The notes: generated from the letters alone by a model not told the origin. 64,000 bases of DNA from Octopus vulgaris (GCA_951406725.2 OX597814.1:61070001-61134000); one strand, 5' to 3'. Shown: positions 27,234 to 41,138, counted from the first letter of the stretch. A program made the numbers and translations.

Positions 27234-27760
27234 GTAAAAAACCCTCAATTTTCTCTCTTTTTCTCTTTTCAAATTACTTCTACTAGTTTAAATGTTTGGA
27301 TTGCAACCATGCTGAGGCACCACATTCTAGAATTTTAGTTAACTTTATTGGTTTCAAACTTTGACACAAGGCCAGCAATTTCAGAGAAGGGGCTAAGTCA
27401 ATTACATCAGCCCCAGTGCCCAACTTGTTCTTATTTTATCAACCCTGAAAAGATGAAAAGAAAAGTTGACCTTGGTGGAATTTGAACTCAGATCGTAAAA
27501 ATGTACAAAATGCTATTAAGCATTTTGCCTTCTTTGCTAATGATTCTGTCAGCTCACCTCCTTAGTTAATTTTTTAGTTACTCCAGTACTTTAGGTACTC
27601 CAGTACTTTTATTTTTATTTTTATTGACATTTACCTCAATATTGACTGAAACGTTTCTTCTGATTGTGTAACCAAGTGTGAGATATTGTGATGAAGATTA
27701 AACCTAAACAGAGTCCTACTTGCCTTATAATCGTGGCTGTTGTGTTTCATTTTATTACAG

Positions 27761-27853
27761 GTGAATTGGGATGTTGAGAAAGAATGTTTCATGACATTCT
27801 GTAAAGAAGCCAGTGAGTTTTATGTCTTAAAGAAAAGTGTGCTTGTAGAACAG
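27761..27853 (+). CDS. MLH1: MLH1 coding exon (human exon 18 equivalent)
   Basis: cag|GTG AAT TGG...GAA CAG|gtgagg; 93 bp; VNWDVEKECFMTFCKEASEFYVLKKSVLVEQ. Confidence 0.95.
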
Positions 27854-28695
27854 GTGAGGCATGATATTTTCATTAATGATGTCCACTCATTAAAGGATGC
27901 TCTTGTTTTGCTGGTGTTACTATTGCCACCATTCATTCATTCATTATTATTATTATTATTATTATTCGTCTTCCAGGCATTCTATATGTGACCATCCAGA
28001 TTTGTTTTGTTGTTTTTTGTTTACAGCTATATTGTCTCTAGATCTATATCACCCAATATGTCCTTTCCTATTTTTAAAAAAGGGAAGAATGTGATACAAG
28101 GAAAATTTAGCTGGTATTTTTAGCAGGATGACCAACCATGTAGAGGCTTTCTTATTTACTCATAATTATTATCATAGTAATTGCTGTTTTTAATGTTTCA
28201 GTTGTCATTAATGGTGATGTTGGTAGTGGTGATGCTGCTGCTGCTGTTGTTAAGAAATTGTTGTTACTATTGATTTTGCTACTGTAATTGTTGTTTTTAT
28301 TACCATTGTTGATGACATTGTGGCTATCATTTTTGTTATTGACTTGACTTTTACATGAAATACATGGTAAATTCCATATTTGTAGCTTCCCACAAAAAGA
28401 TGTAGGATTAGCTTTAACACTGGACCAACTTTTATTTGAGTATATCTAGTAATTTCTATCACCCAAGAATGAGGGCAGATATTTTTTCTTTTATGATTTA
28501 GTCTTAAGAGGAAGGACAGAGTCAGTACTGTTTTTTTTTTTTTGGTGAGGGGGTTGTGTGTTAAGAAGCTTTGCTTCCCAACTACATGGTTCCGAGTTCA
28601 ATCTTCCTGCGTGACATCTTGGGCAAGTATCCTCTACTATAACCTCAGGTTGACCCAAAGCCTTATGAGTGGATTTGATGGACAGAAACTGAAAG

Positions 28696-28925
28696 GCGGT
28701 AAGCTGGCAGAAACATTAGCACGCTGGGCGAAATGCTTAGCGGTATTTCATCTGCCGCTACGTTCTGAGTTCAAATTCCGCCGAGGTTCACTTTGCCTTT
28801 CATCCTTTCGGGGTCAATTAAATAAGTACCAGTTATGTACTGGGGTCAATATAATCGACTTAATCCGTTTGTCTGTCCTTGTTTGTCCCCTCTGTGTGTA
28901 GCCCCTTGTGGGCAGTAAAGAAATA
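28696..28925 (+). mobile_element. tRNA-derived SINE family B (Meta-like domain) nested in a family A SINE; others at about 4358-4570, 7655-7815, 12503-12945, 17438-17610, 20920-21127, 27348-27562, 51218-51362, 59815-60275
   Basis: 12-bp TSD agaaactgaaag (28684-28695 / 28926-28937); B box GAGTTCAAATTCC; central GCCTTTCATCCTTTCGGGGTC...AAGTACCAG. Confidence 0.88.
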
Positions 28926-31900
28926 AGAAACTGAAAGAAACCCATCATATATGTGTGTGTGTTTGTCCCCCCTCACCACTTAACAATCAGTATTGGTGTG
29001 TTTACATCCCTGTAACTTAGCAGTTCAGCAATAGATATTGATAGAATAAGTACCACAATTCAAAAAAAAGTACTGGGGTCAATTTATTCAACTAAAATTC
29101 TTCAAGGCAGAGCCCTGGCATGGCTGCAGTCAAATGACTGAAACAAGTAAAAGATAAAAGATAAAGACAGGCGCAGGCATGGCTGTGTGGTAAGAAGCTT
29201 GCTTTCCAACCATATTGTTCCATGTTCAATCCCTCTGCATGGCACCTTGGGCAAATGTCTTTTTCTATAGCCTTGGGCCAACCAATGCCTTGTGAATGGA
29301 TTTGGTAGACAGAAACTGAAAGAAGCTCATTGTATATATGTATCTGTGTGTGTGTGTCTATGTTTGTTACCCCATCACCATTTGACAACCAGTGTTGGTG
29401 TGTTTCCAACTCCGTAACTTAATGGTTCAGCAAAAGAGATCAATAGAATGAGTACTTGGCTTAAAATGTGTTGGGGTTGATACATTCAACTAAAAGTTCT
29501 TCAAGGCAGTGCGCCAGTATGGCCACAGTCTAATAACTGAAAAAAATAAAAGATAAAAGACACAAATATGAGATTACTAGAATGAAGCAAGGAAGGTTTT
29601 GGTATCCTCTGAAATCTGGTTCAAATCCTTGTGACATAGTAAACGCCACTGAATGTATTTAAGATGATGGTATTAAACCAAGCAATGAATTAGGTTTATC
29701 TCTCAAGCTACTAAATGGTGTTGACAACAACATGTCCCTTAACTCCTTGGGAGTCGATGGGATGTTGCAGCCATGTAGCATATCTAGGGCAAAAAAGCCT
29801 GGCAGAGCCCATCCCTCTTTAGACTAAACTCATTTCTTTCCAGCTGCGTGGACTGGAACAATGTGAAATGAAGTGTTTTGCTCAAGAATGAAATGGATTG
29901 CCCAGTCCAGGGATCAAAATCAAAATCTTACTGCCACAAATCCAACACCCTAATCACTAAGCAATGCACCTCCACTTGTGATACTTATTGCTGCAGCTGA
30001 GTGAACTGGAGCAACATGCAGTGAAGTGTTTTACTCGAAAACAACACGTTGCCTGCTCTAGGAATTGAAACCACAATCTTATGGCTGCGAGCCCAACACC
30101 CTAAGCATTAAGCCATGCGCCTCCACCTATATGGTGCAGAAATACCTAATATGCTCTAGAGATATAGTATAATGTTGGTGAGAGATGTGTTTCTAATGAA
30201 TCACTTTCCATACTCATGGATGTAAGCTTTTACCAAGTATACAAGCTCAAATTGTTGATTGAATTTCTTCAGCAGACTTAACATCTCAATCAAATAGTTG
30301 ACAGAATAAGATAGATAATTACACTATTTAAAATAAGAATTGGAAACCAATAAGTTAATAGACAGGGTAAACATAACATAAAAGAAGCATACAAGTACAA
30401 TGGAGTTGGTGAAAAAAATGTTTAGAGCATACAAAAGAAACCAAGAGCAGTTTCACCTTTGGTTCTGAGATATTCAACTGGAAAGTTCTGTTAGGAGAGA
30501 ACAAAGTAAAAGGGAAATTGCCAAATGATATTGATACATGCTAGTGTTTAGCAACTATTCCAATAAGCCATTAAATCATCTTCTCATTATCGTTACTCTT
30601 ATATATTGATTCTACATCTGGTCTTTGAACTGTAACCTTTGATATGTTTCTAGAAAACATCAAGGAACATTTTAATCTTATTCTTTCAGAAGGTTTTTTT
30701 TTTTGCTTCTTTCATTTGTTTCATAACTGACAAAAGACTTATCATTATATTGAAAACTTGTTTTGGTTCTGTAGCTTATTTCTTTTTTAATGATAGTTGT
30801 TGCCTCTGTTGTTGTGAACTCCAATCAACCTAGGTTGAAAAGACCTAAAGCATGTAGGTAGTCAATCAGATGACTAGGTACAATCCACAGATTCCATGTT
30901 TCAAAGACACCAAGCCTCCAGTAGTAGCAATACCCTGTAATTACATAAAGAGTGGTTTATAGTCCAGTGTAGCAGTCCAACCATGTTGTTTTGTGTCGTC
31001 GTCATCATCATTTAACATCCGTTTTCCATGCTGGCATGGATTGGACGGTTTGACTGAAAACTGGTAAGCTGCATCAGGTTCCAATCTGATTTGGCAAGAT
31101 GTCTACAGCTGGATGCCATTCCTAATGCCAACCACTCCCAGAGTGTAGTGGATGCTTTTTACATGCTACCGGCATGGGTGCCAGTTAGGAAACACTGGCA
31201 TTGGCCACAACTGCAATCTCACTTGGCTTAATAAGTCTTCTCAAGCGCAGTATATTGCCAAAGTTCTCTGTCACCTGTCACTACATCTGTGAGGCCCTAA
31301 AGTTTGAAGTGTGCTTTTTACATCCCAGTTATGCAACACTGGCATCAGCCACAACTACAATTTTACTTGGCTTGACAGGTCTTCTGCAGTACAGCATGTG
31401 TATTGGTTATTATTGTTTATGTATGAATTGAGGATGGTGTTTTAGTTGCATAACTCCAGTCTTTGTTTGGTTGAAAGCTTTTCTAGGGAGTATGCAGGAT
31501 GGTCTACATGTCAGTGTATGCATCATCAAGCCTTACCTCAAAGTGTTTGGTGATTGTACAGTAGCCCTGCTGCTGCTGTGGAATCAGTGCTAATGTATGG
31601 GACCACTGCTTGAACATTTATAAAATATCTAAAGGCAAGGCTTAAAGGTGCTTACACCTGCATGTTAGGGGTTATTCCAAATAACTCATGGAATAGACAT
31701 CCACCCTAACAAAACTGTATGGCAACCCTCTTGCAATTACTGATTGCTACAGAGCTGAGAAAGAACTTAACCTGTGATATACTCTGTTAGTCATTCCAAC
31801 ATGAATATACTTGGGTCAGTTGTCTAGCAAAAACCAGCTTTGCTGACCATCTGAACATATGCAGGACCATGATGGCTGCTATGATTGAGTCAGACAAATT

Positions 31901-32211
31901 TGAGCAAGCTTGGCCAGTTGATTAATTCCAGATCATTTCTGTTTGGACAAAAAGTTGGCCAAATGCAAATAACTAGGTGTGACCACAAATTTGTTTTTCC
32001 AGATATACAATGACTCTACTTTGTTGAGAACCACACTACACATTATGCCATGCAACAGTAAATCAAACAACATGCAGTGTGACAGTATGGATACTTTGCA
32101 CTCTCCTGTAGACCTGTACATTCTGGTGTGACTACTGCTAAGTCAAGCACTTATTATCAGAGGCTTGCATCACAGTGCAGTGCTTGGAGCTATGGTGGTT
32201 GTCAGTGTTGC

Positions 32212-32256
<45 letters not shown>

Positions 32257-33599
32257 CATGTGTTGTTTGTATCATTTTTTTTATGTTTGTCTTGGTTTTA
32301 TGGCAGAGAGTGTTCATAAGATGTTGTAGTTGTGTTCTGGACGTTTAGAGGTAATGTTTTTCATGTATTATAGCAGGCAGGGTGTTTTAGTGTTGGAGTT
32401 TACTACTAATATTTTTTATCCTAAAACAAAGATGCTATGTGAAAAGCAATGGCATGAGTGCTGGTACCACATAAAAAGCACTGGTGCTAGTGCCACATAA
32501 AAAGTGCTGGTGATGGTGCCATGTAAAAAGCACCCAATACACTCTGGGAAATGGTTGATATTAGAAAGGGCATCCAATCATAGAAACCAAACCGAGATAG
32601 ACTATGGAACCTGGTGTGGCCACTGGCCTTGCCAGTTCCAGTCAAGCTGTCCAACCCATGCCAGCATGGAAAATATATGTTAAGTGTTGATGATGATGAT
32701 GATGACATTGCTTTCTGATAAGGGTAATGTGGACTTGGTATATATTATTTGAAATTTGCTTTGGACCTAGTTTCTAGGTAATTGATGGGGGTTTTGTGCA
32801 GCTGTGTCTCAAAAGTAACAGAAGGATGGAATGAACTCTACAATCATGAAGGGCAACACTCATGACATCTTTGCTGGGACTCTGAGATAGGTGAAAGAAA
32901 AGACAGTTAAAATGTCAACACATGGGTTGTCTTTAGACCTGATCTAAATGTCTGCAAGCATGTGAACTCTCATAAGACGCCAAAAGACTCAGTCAGCTGA
33001 TACCCTATGTGAAAGATTTCGGGGCTAAATTTTATGTGTTGACTATTACTTGGATTCCACTCATGAGATGCTACAATTCAAGTATAACCCATAGTACCAT
33101 AGATGATTTCTTAAATGAATAGAGGAAGAAAACAAGGAATTACTTTAATTATAGCAATAGTTATCCAGTATAGGTATTAAAACAGTCATGCTAATAAGTA
33201 AATATGACCCTGTAACTTACGACTATTTATACTTGCTATTTTACTCATATCCATCACACTTGACCAGCTGCCTTCATCCAAGTTGCATTCATTACAGTAT
33301 TGTATATAGCTGATGAATTTTAGTTTCTAATTAGGCTGTTCAGGACAGTTTAAGTCTGTAAATATTAAAACAAAAATATAAATACAGTGGATGAAAATTA
33401 ATTTGCTAGATTTACAAAATGAAGATAGAAATTTAATATGGTTTTAAATTACAATTATGTGGTAAATTTTAAAACATTTCAGGTATGAAACTGCATTGAA
33501 TTGATTCAAAATCTCATTGTTCATCATTTCAACACTGACAAAAAATTTTGTTAATCAGGGTAAATAATATCATTATATGTAGCTTCTTTATCATCACTG

Positions 33600-34800
33600 T
33601 TATTATAGATTGTACATCATCTGCTATTTCTTCGTTGTCATTGTCCTATAAGATATTCATCCTCAATGCATTCAAAATTCCACATTTCTTGAGTGATTTG
33701 TCAGCTTTTAAATTTCTTCCATGAATTAACAATCCATTCACAGATAAGAAATAGTGATGGTGCTGGTTTATTGCCTCCTTTCATGAATGATATTAGTTTA
33801 TCACTCATCTTGTTACTCCCTTTCATTCTCGTCATCTTATTAAATGGCTTATTAATACCAATATATAATGGTTGCAAAACACTTGTAAGCTTGCCAGGAA
33901 TTATTGCTACATCCAGTGTTATGTGATTAGACATTATCAACAATACTCTTCAGTTGATAACCTAAATCAATTGCAAACTCTTTTCCCTCCATTGTCCACA
34001 AGTTATAAATTCCAAACTTCCTTTATCCATTTTCTATGTCTATTTTCATCCATCCAGCATTTTGGTTACATCATCATCATCATCATTGTTTAACGTCCGC
34101 TTTCCATGCTAGCATGGGTTGGACGATTTGACTGAGGACTGGCGAACCAGATGGCTGCACCAGACTCCAATCTGATCTGGCAGAGTTTCTACAGCTGGAT
34201 GCCCTTCCTAATGCCAACCACTCTGAGAGTGTAGTGGGTGCTTTTATGTGCCACCGGTACGAGGGCCAGTCAGGTTTTTTTACATGCCACCTGCATAGGA
34301 GCCAGTCCAGTGGCACTGGCGATGACCTCGCTCGAATGTTTTTCACGTGCCACCAGCACAAGTGCCAGTAAGGTGATGATGGTAATGATCATGCTCGAAT
34401 GGTGTTTTTTACGTGCCACCGACACGGAAGCCAGTTAGCTGCTCTAGCAACGATCATGCTCAGATGGTGCTCTTAGCACTCCACTAACACGGATGCCAGT
34501 CATCGAATTTGTTTTCGATTTCACTTTTACATATGTACAATAATTCTTTGGGGAAATTTTTCCTTTGACATAGTTTTTCTCTTTAAAACAAACATTAGTT
34601 TTTATTTAGCTCCATCTGCTATACAAAAAAGAACTAATTTAATTTCCACCAGTATTTTTTCTCTCCTAGTATTTTACTGATCATTATTTTGTGACTTAAC
34701 AATAATAAAAAGTACCTCAACCATGTTTTCAATACAACTTTCCTACTGTGATTTCTGATTTGAAACTGGTGAAATGCTAATATCTTATTTAAATCAACAA
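33600..34800 (-). mobile_element. pogo/Tigger-type DDE_1 transposase remnant, interrupted by an RTE 3' UTR (about 34069-34525)
   Basis: VAIIPGKLTSVLQPLYIGINKPF (cf. IPGGLTSxLQPLDVxxNKPFK), ICEWIVNSW, KCWMDE. Confidence 0.75.
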
Positions 34801-36221
34801 GCAGCCCTTCATTAGTATCATCATTGTTTTAACCTCCTCTTTTCCATGCTTGCATTGCTTAGACAGATTTTATTGAGGCAGATTTTCTACAGCCTGATGA
34901 CCTTCCTTCACCAACAACTGTTTCCAAATAAGATCTTCTCACAGAATATTGGAAATGAATGACACTGCCTGTTAACTTTGGCAATCATTTTACAACTACC
35001 ACACAATGTTAAGACAAGAAATCACAAACACACACACACACACATATATATATACAAAGGGTTTCTTTCACTTTCTGTCTACCAACCAAATCCACTAACA
35101 AAGCTTTTTGACAGCCCAGGGCTACAGTAGAAGACACTTTCCCAAAGTGCCATGCAGTTAGGACAAAACTCAGAACTGGTGAGGAGCAAACTTCTTACCA
35201 CACAGCCATGCCTGCACTTATGCGTTCTTGTTTCAAATTCCACCAAGATCAATTTTGCCTTTTGTTATTCCAGGCTTAATAAAATTAAGTGCCAATCAAT
35301 GACTGGGGTTAACTTGATTGACTATATCCTGCCCTAAAATGTATGGTCTTGTACCTTAAAGTTACTTTCTTGAGTCATGCTGACTCACGAGGACCAGTTT
35401 CCTGGTTTCATGGCATATATATTCCACACCTGGATGGGACACCAAGCCATCTCAGGATTACTTATTTTTGCCAGCTGAGTGGACTGGAGCAATGTGAAAT
35501 AAAGTATTTTGCTCAAGAATGTAATGCATCACCCAGTCCAGAAATTGAAACCACAATTTTACAATCATGAATCCAACACCCTAACCACTAGGCCACGTGC
35601 CTCCACTAGTCTTGTACCAATGTTTGATATTAAAATTTAGTTTCTATCTTCTGTTATGTACCAGTAATTTTTTAGTTTGATTTCAGTTCACAACATCCTC
35701 CTAGAAATTTGTGGCCTTGTGTCAAAATGAGATTTCAGGATGCAGTATCAGAAAGAACTAGATTAAATAGCTTAAGGTATAGTCTTTGAGTTCAAATTTC
35801 CTCAGAGTCAACTCATTCATCTCATAAGATTGGACAAAACTAAGAGTCAGTAATGCACAGTGGCCAGCTGTATTGTTCTTCTGACAAACACTAATCTTTT
35901 GTCAATATATAAGAAATTAATAGTGCAATGATGTTAGTAATAGAAGCATTTAGTGTTTAGCTTGTTGTTATTGCTGTTGTTTGGCGACAGCAGTGGCCAT
36001 GAAGGAGGAGGACAGAGCAATATATTCAGCAGTGATCCCTGATCATATTTAGCTATTGATATCACATGTTTATTGACATCCAATACATGTATTATCTGAT
36101 CCTCAGTTTGAAATCCAGATTTTATGATTTCTTGCATCTGACATCATTCATCTATTTATTTTTACTCTTTTTTCTTTTGTGATGATATTTTGTTTCATTT
36201 GCCATGTGTGTGTGTATGTAT

Positions 36222-36760
36222 ATCATCATCATCATGTTCATCATCATTATCATTATCCTTTAACATCTGTTTTCCATGCTGGCATGAGTTAGATGGTTTG
36301 ACCAGAGCTGGCAAGCTAGACAGCCATACTAGGCTCCAGTCAGATTTTGCCTGGTTTCTATGGCTGGATACCCTTCCTAACACCAACCACTTTACAGTGT
36401 GTGTATGTTGAGTGCTTTTAACATGGCACCACCATTAGTGCTTTTATGTGGCACAGGCACAAGTGCTTTTTATGTAGTACTGGTACAGAGCTCTTGCAGA
36501 CCAATCCTCTTCACCAGGGGGAACAGCATCAACACTTCTGCTGTGGAGGATGGGTCCTCTTGAGTACATCAAGGCACCAGGTATACCTGTCCTTTGTCAC
36601 CTCCTCCAAAAGGTTCAGTGTCCTGAGGTTGTTCTTCAGTACTTCATCCCATGTCTTCTTGGGTTCCCCCTTCCACAAGTCCCATCCATTTTGAGTGATT
36701 GGCCCTTCTTTATGAAGTTGTTGACATCCATCCACATCACTTGACCAAACCAGCACACTA
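36222..36760 (-). mobile_element. RTE LINE 3' end (other tail copies at about 5110-5350, 11290-11660, 15020-15305, 30995-31400, 32445-32706, 34069-34525, 37090-37395, 45830-46007, 57160-57552)
   Basis: GEPKKTWDEVLKNNLRTLNL; shared tail ending (GAT)n. Confidence 0.85.
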
Positions 36761-37777
36761 ACTTTTCTCTAAACACACACACATGCAAGCATACATGCGT
36801 GCATGCACACACACACACACACACATACACACACACACACATACGTGCATACATGCCTCCATTCCTTCCAACTGTACAAGTATTTCAATGCATCAGTATT
36901 TCCTCAAAGGGGAAAGAATACTGAAGTATTGAAACATTTGTACAGTTTGAAGTAGCATTCTGCGTGGTAATGAGAACTAAACATAAGCACTGATTTACAA
37001 CGGTTCAAATGAAATGAAATGAGCATGATCCACTGGATATGTCATGTTAGCATGTATGAATGACAAGGCACAGAGGAGTTAAGACAAAAAAAAACGAATA
37101 TAAGTCAAATCACTTGTAATGTGCAAGGGTGATGGCTACAGTGGTATGAACATGTCCTGCATGTGGATGATGAGAAGTAGATGAAATGCCAAGAGGTTCA
37201 CATGGAAGGAACCAATGGAAGAAAAACAGCAAAGAAGATAAGGGCAGAAATGATTAAAGTTGATGTCAAGAAGCTGAAACTCACAAAGGAGATGACCAAG
37301 GACCTCCTCAAGTGTTGGGATGATGTGTTGGAGAGCATGCATCCAACCCATGCAAGCATGAAAGAGCAGTTGTAAAAATGATGATGATGATGTTGAGGAT
37401 GCACATATATATATATATATATATACACGTGTGTGTGTGTGTGGATGTATGTATGTATATATGTATGTAGATGTATGTGTATGTGTTGGGCAGTTTAGCT
37501 TAATGAGAGGATACTCAGCTGGTATCCGAGGGATATGGGTTCAAGTCCCATAGCTGTATATTGACAATTGTTTTCTGTCTTATAAGGGTAATAATACCCA
37601 ATCTTTCTGCTGTTTTCACAGCTATACTGCATCCGAAATATTATCTTCTATTTTGTATAATACAATACATATTCAGTGCTTCAAAAGACAAAATGAAAAA
37701 TTTGATTACATATGTTGTTGTTGCATATATATATATATATATAGATAGATAATGACATGTGTGTGTGTATATATATG

Positions 37778-37822
<45 letters not shown>

Positions 37823-37877
37823 GTATATATATGTTTGTATGTATGTATGTGTTTGTGTGTGTGTGTGTGTATATATG

Positions 37878-38605
37878 AAGACAGCTGTGGGAAGAAGTGT
37901 CACATCCTAACAGTGGAAGAAACCTGTAGAAGAGATAGATCCAAGAAGACATGGGATGAAGTGGTGAAGCACAACCTTCAAATGTTGGGTCTCACAGAGG
38001 CAATGACAAGCAACTGAGATGTTTGGAGAAATGCTGTGATTGAGAAAACTCAGCAAGTCAAGTGAGATCATAGCCATGGCCAATGCCTGTGTTGAATACC
38101 TGGTCCATTTAAAAGTACCCTTCAATCATCAGGCAATATGCTGTGCTTGAGAAGAACTGTTGAGTTAAGCAAAATTGTAATGATGGTTGATGCCAGTGCC
38201 ACCTGACTGGCACCTGTGCTGGTGGCACATAAAAGCACCATTCGAGTGTGGTTGATACCAGTGCTGCCTGACTGGCTCATGTGCCGGTGGCACATAAAAG
38301 CACCATTCGAGCATGGTCGATGCCAGTGCTACCTGACTGGCTTCCATGCTGGTGGCACATAAAATGTAACATTTGAGTGTGGTTGATGGCAGTGCTGCTT
38401 GAGTGGACTCTGTGCCGGTGGCACATAAAAAACACCCACTACACTCTTGGAGTGATTGGTGTTAGGAAGGGCATCCAGCTGTAGAAACCTTGCCAAATCA
38501 GATTGGAGCTTGGTGCAGCCTCCTGGCTTGCCAGTCCTCAGTCAAACTGTCCAACCCATGCCAGCATGGAAAGTGACATTAAATGATGAAGATAATGATG
38601 ATGAT
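37878..38605 (+). mobile_element. RTE LINE 3' end with a 65-bp tandem repeat in the UTR
   Basis: VEETCRRDRSKKTWDEVVKHNLQMLGLTEAMT; tail GTTAGGAAGGGCATCCAGC...CCATGCCAGCATGGAAA...(GAT)n. Confidence 0.88.
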
Positions 38606-40131
38606 ATGTAGTTTCATCATCATTGTTGCAACATCTTTTCCATGCTTGCATGGGTCAGGCAAGAATATGTTAGGGCAGAGTTTTCAATGGCCAGATATCC
38701 TTCCTGATGCCAATCCCCCAACCCCCACCTGTTTCCATGTGAAGGAATAATCTCCCCACCCAATAAACAAACAACAAACAGCTTGGATATGTTTACATTG
38801 AGAAACAAAAGCAGATGATACTGAAATGAACATTTTTGTTCACAACCATCTTGAAATTTCCTGAGACATTCGTTATTTAGTGAACTACTAACAAATGACA
38901 CCATTAGCAAAGCCGTTCTTTGCAAACCAATAAACAAATGCATGTGTAGACTTGAGAAATACAAACTCACTTTTATTCACATGCAACAGGCTTCTTTCAG
39001 TTTCCATCTACCAAATCTACTTCAGGGTTTGGTCTGTCTGAAGCTATAGTGGAAGACATTTGGCCAAGTTGCCATACAGTAGATCTGAACTTGAAACTAT
39101 ACAGTTGAGAAATGAACTGCTTAACCACACAGCCATATATGTGTGTGTGTGTGTGTGTATAATTATATAATTTTCCTTTATTACACTCTGTATAAAAATC
39201 CAGTTTGAATGGAGCTCAACCACAGATTTGCAATATAGAATTGTGATGAACCATAACCTTGGACCCTGCCATAAGAACACTTGGAGTTCTTCACTAATCT
39301 AAACAATGTTGTTAGCTTGGTGTGCCAACAGAGAGATTATGAGGTATTTTATCCAGATTGATAATTCTTCACGATTAGATAGGCAGGCAGGCAGGCACAT
39401 ATCAAAACAAAAGACTGGAAAAATTTGGTATATTTCTTAATTCCATGTTACACATGTTTCATTTCAGTAAAGGTGTTTACAAAAGTATACATGTAAAAAA
39501 AAAACAGTCTTTCTTCTTGATATGTAATTATTCTGCAAATAGAATTCACTAGAAATTTTAAATGCTATATTTGCCTCATTCAAAATATAACGTTTATATA
39601 CATACATTTAATTACTGTGAACATACAGATGTGCTTCACAAGACCACACAGCTTAGACTATGTGGAACCATTAATCCCAACACATTTTTTTAATCTCTCT
39701 CCATTTTTTTCTTCTTGTCCCTTTCTGTCGCAGAGCATAGGCTTGAAATATCAAAGACTTCTCCATTTTTCCTTAGCATCAAATTGATACTCTTGCTGGT
39801 TGTTCCCTCACCTGTCTCTTTTATGTTTAGATAAAAAAAAAGACAAATGGTTACACTAAAAAATAATTAACTATAAAATAATATTGTTGATTTAGAAACT
39901 ATATTGTCCCTGTGTTCTTGCTTTTGTTTTAAGCTAAGATGTGATTTGAAGGATATTTGACTGCTATTTTTAACAGGGTCAATTGACTATGTAAAAACTA
40001 CTCTATTTGGTTATGGTAAAAATAAAATGTTATTTTGTTTCATGTCCTTTTTTTATTCACCCATAATTATAATTATAATTAGATGACTTCATTGACAATG
40101 ACTTTTTTTCTTTGATTTAATTCTAATTCAG

Positions 40132-40320
40132 GAAGAAGATGAAACAAGTGAGACAATGAAGAATCCCTCATCTGCTGCTGAGTGGAGATGGACTGTTGAA
40201 CATATTCTGTTCCCTGCATTCAGAGATTATTTACTACCACCAAAGCACTTTGCCGAAAACGCCAGTGTTTTAGAGATTGCCAACTTAAATGATCTCTACA
40301 AAGTCTTTGAAAGATGCTAA
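40132..40320 (+). CDS. MLH1: MLH1 terminal coding exon
   Basis: cag|GAA GAA GAT...AGA TGC TAA; [62 protein letters not shown], ending in the hallmark FERC C-terminus. Not in the ORF track. Confidence 0.97.
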   Translation, partial: EEDETSETMKNPSSAAEWRWTVEHILFPAFRDYLLPPKHFAENASVLEIANLNDLYKVFERC

Positions 40321-41138
40321 GATTTTTTTTTCCTACTTTTATTTCTTGCCATCCACCCTAATACCATGGTTCCCTTTGTTTTCGTTTTTCTCATCAACAT
40401 ACATCAGGATGAAATAGAACAAAATAAATAATCTGATTTTTTTGATGATCATTTGGCATGACATGTGTGTTGCTGCTGCTGTTGTTGTTATTGTTACTGC
40501 TGCCACTGTTATTGTTGTTGTTGTTCATCCTAGTCAAACAGAGCTATGATGTAAAACATTCCAGGTGTAGCCACCCAATCTTTCCTTTTTCAGACCTCTG
40601 AATAATCTAATTCTAAATCTAGAATTAAATTACACAGTGTGTCCATCTGTTAGTTTGTTTTTTTGTTGTTGTTGGTTTTATCTTTTAGACTGTAGGATAT
40701 GATTTGAGGAAGATTTGACTGCTGTTTCTAACAGATTCATTGAGCAAATTCATTGAAACTTTCTCTCATTGACTCCGAGTAACAGTTGTGACTTTGTAGT
40801 TTTGTATCGATTATTGTTGTTATTGTTTACATTCATCCCACTCACACTTGTCTTCATCAAGCAAACCTATGCTGAAAGTCTTAAACATCCTGTCTTAGTC
40901 ATAATGTATATCTAGGAATGCATTGTACAATGTATCCTTTTTTTTTTTAATTTTTTTTTTTTAAAGTAGGCTGTGATTTATTTTACTCCTGATTCAATCT
41001 CATGAACACTATTGATGTGTGACTATTAAAAGTATGATAGATCTGTCTGGTCTACTTGTTTAATTACTGTGTTCCACAGTCCACAGTTGGATCCATGAAT
41101 CTGTTTTAACATTTTAACCATTTAAACATTTTTTTACC

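Noticed and set aside
38185-38435. Regularly spaced repeats resembling a CRISPR array
   Set aside because: Whole units are repeated with no unique spacers, it is part of an RTE 3' UTR, the context is eukaryotic and there are no cas genes.
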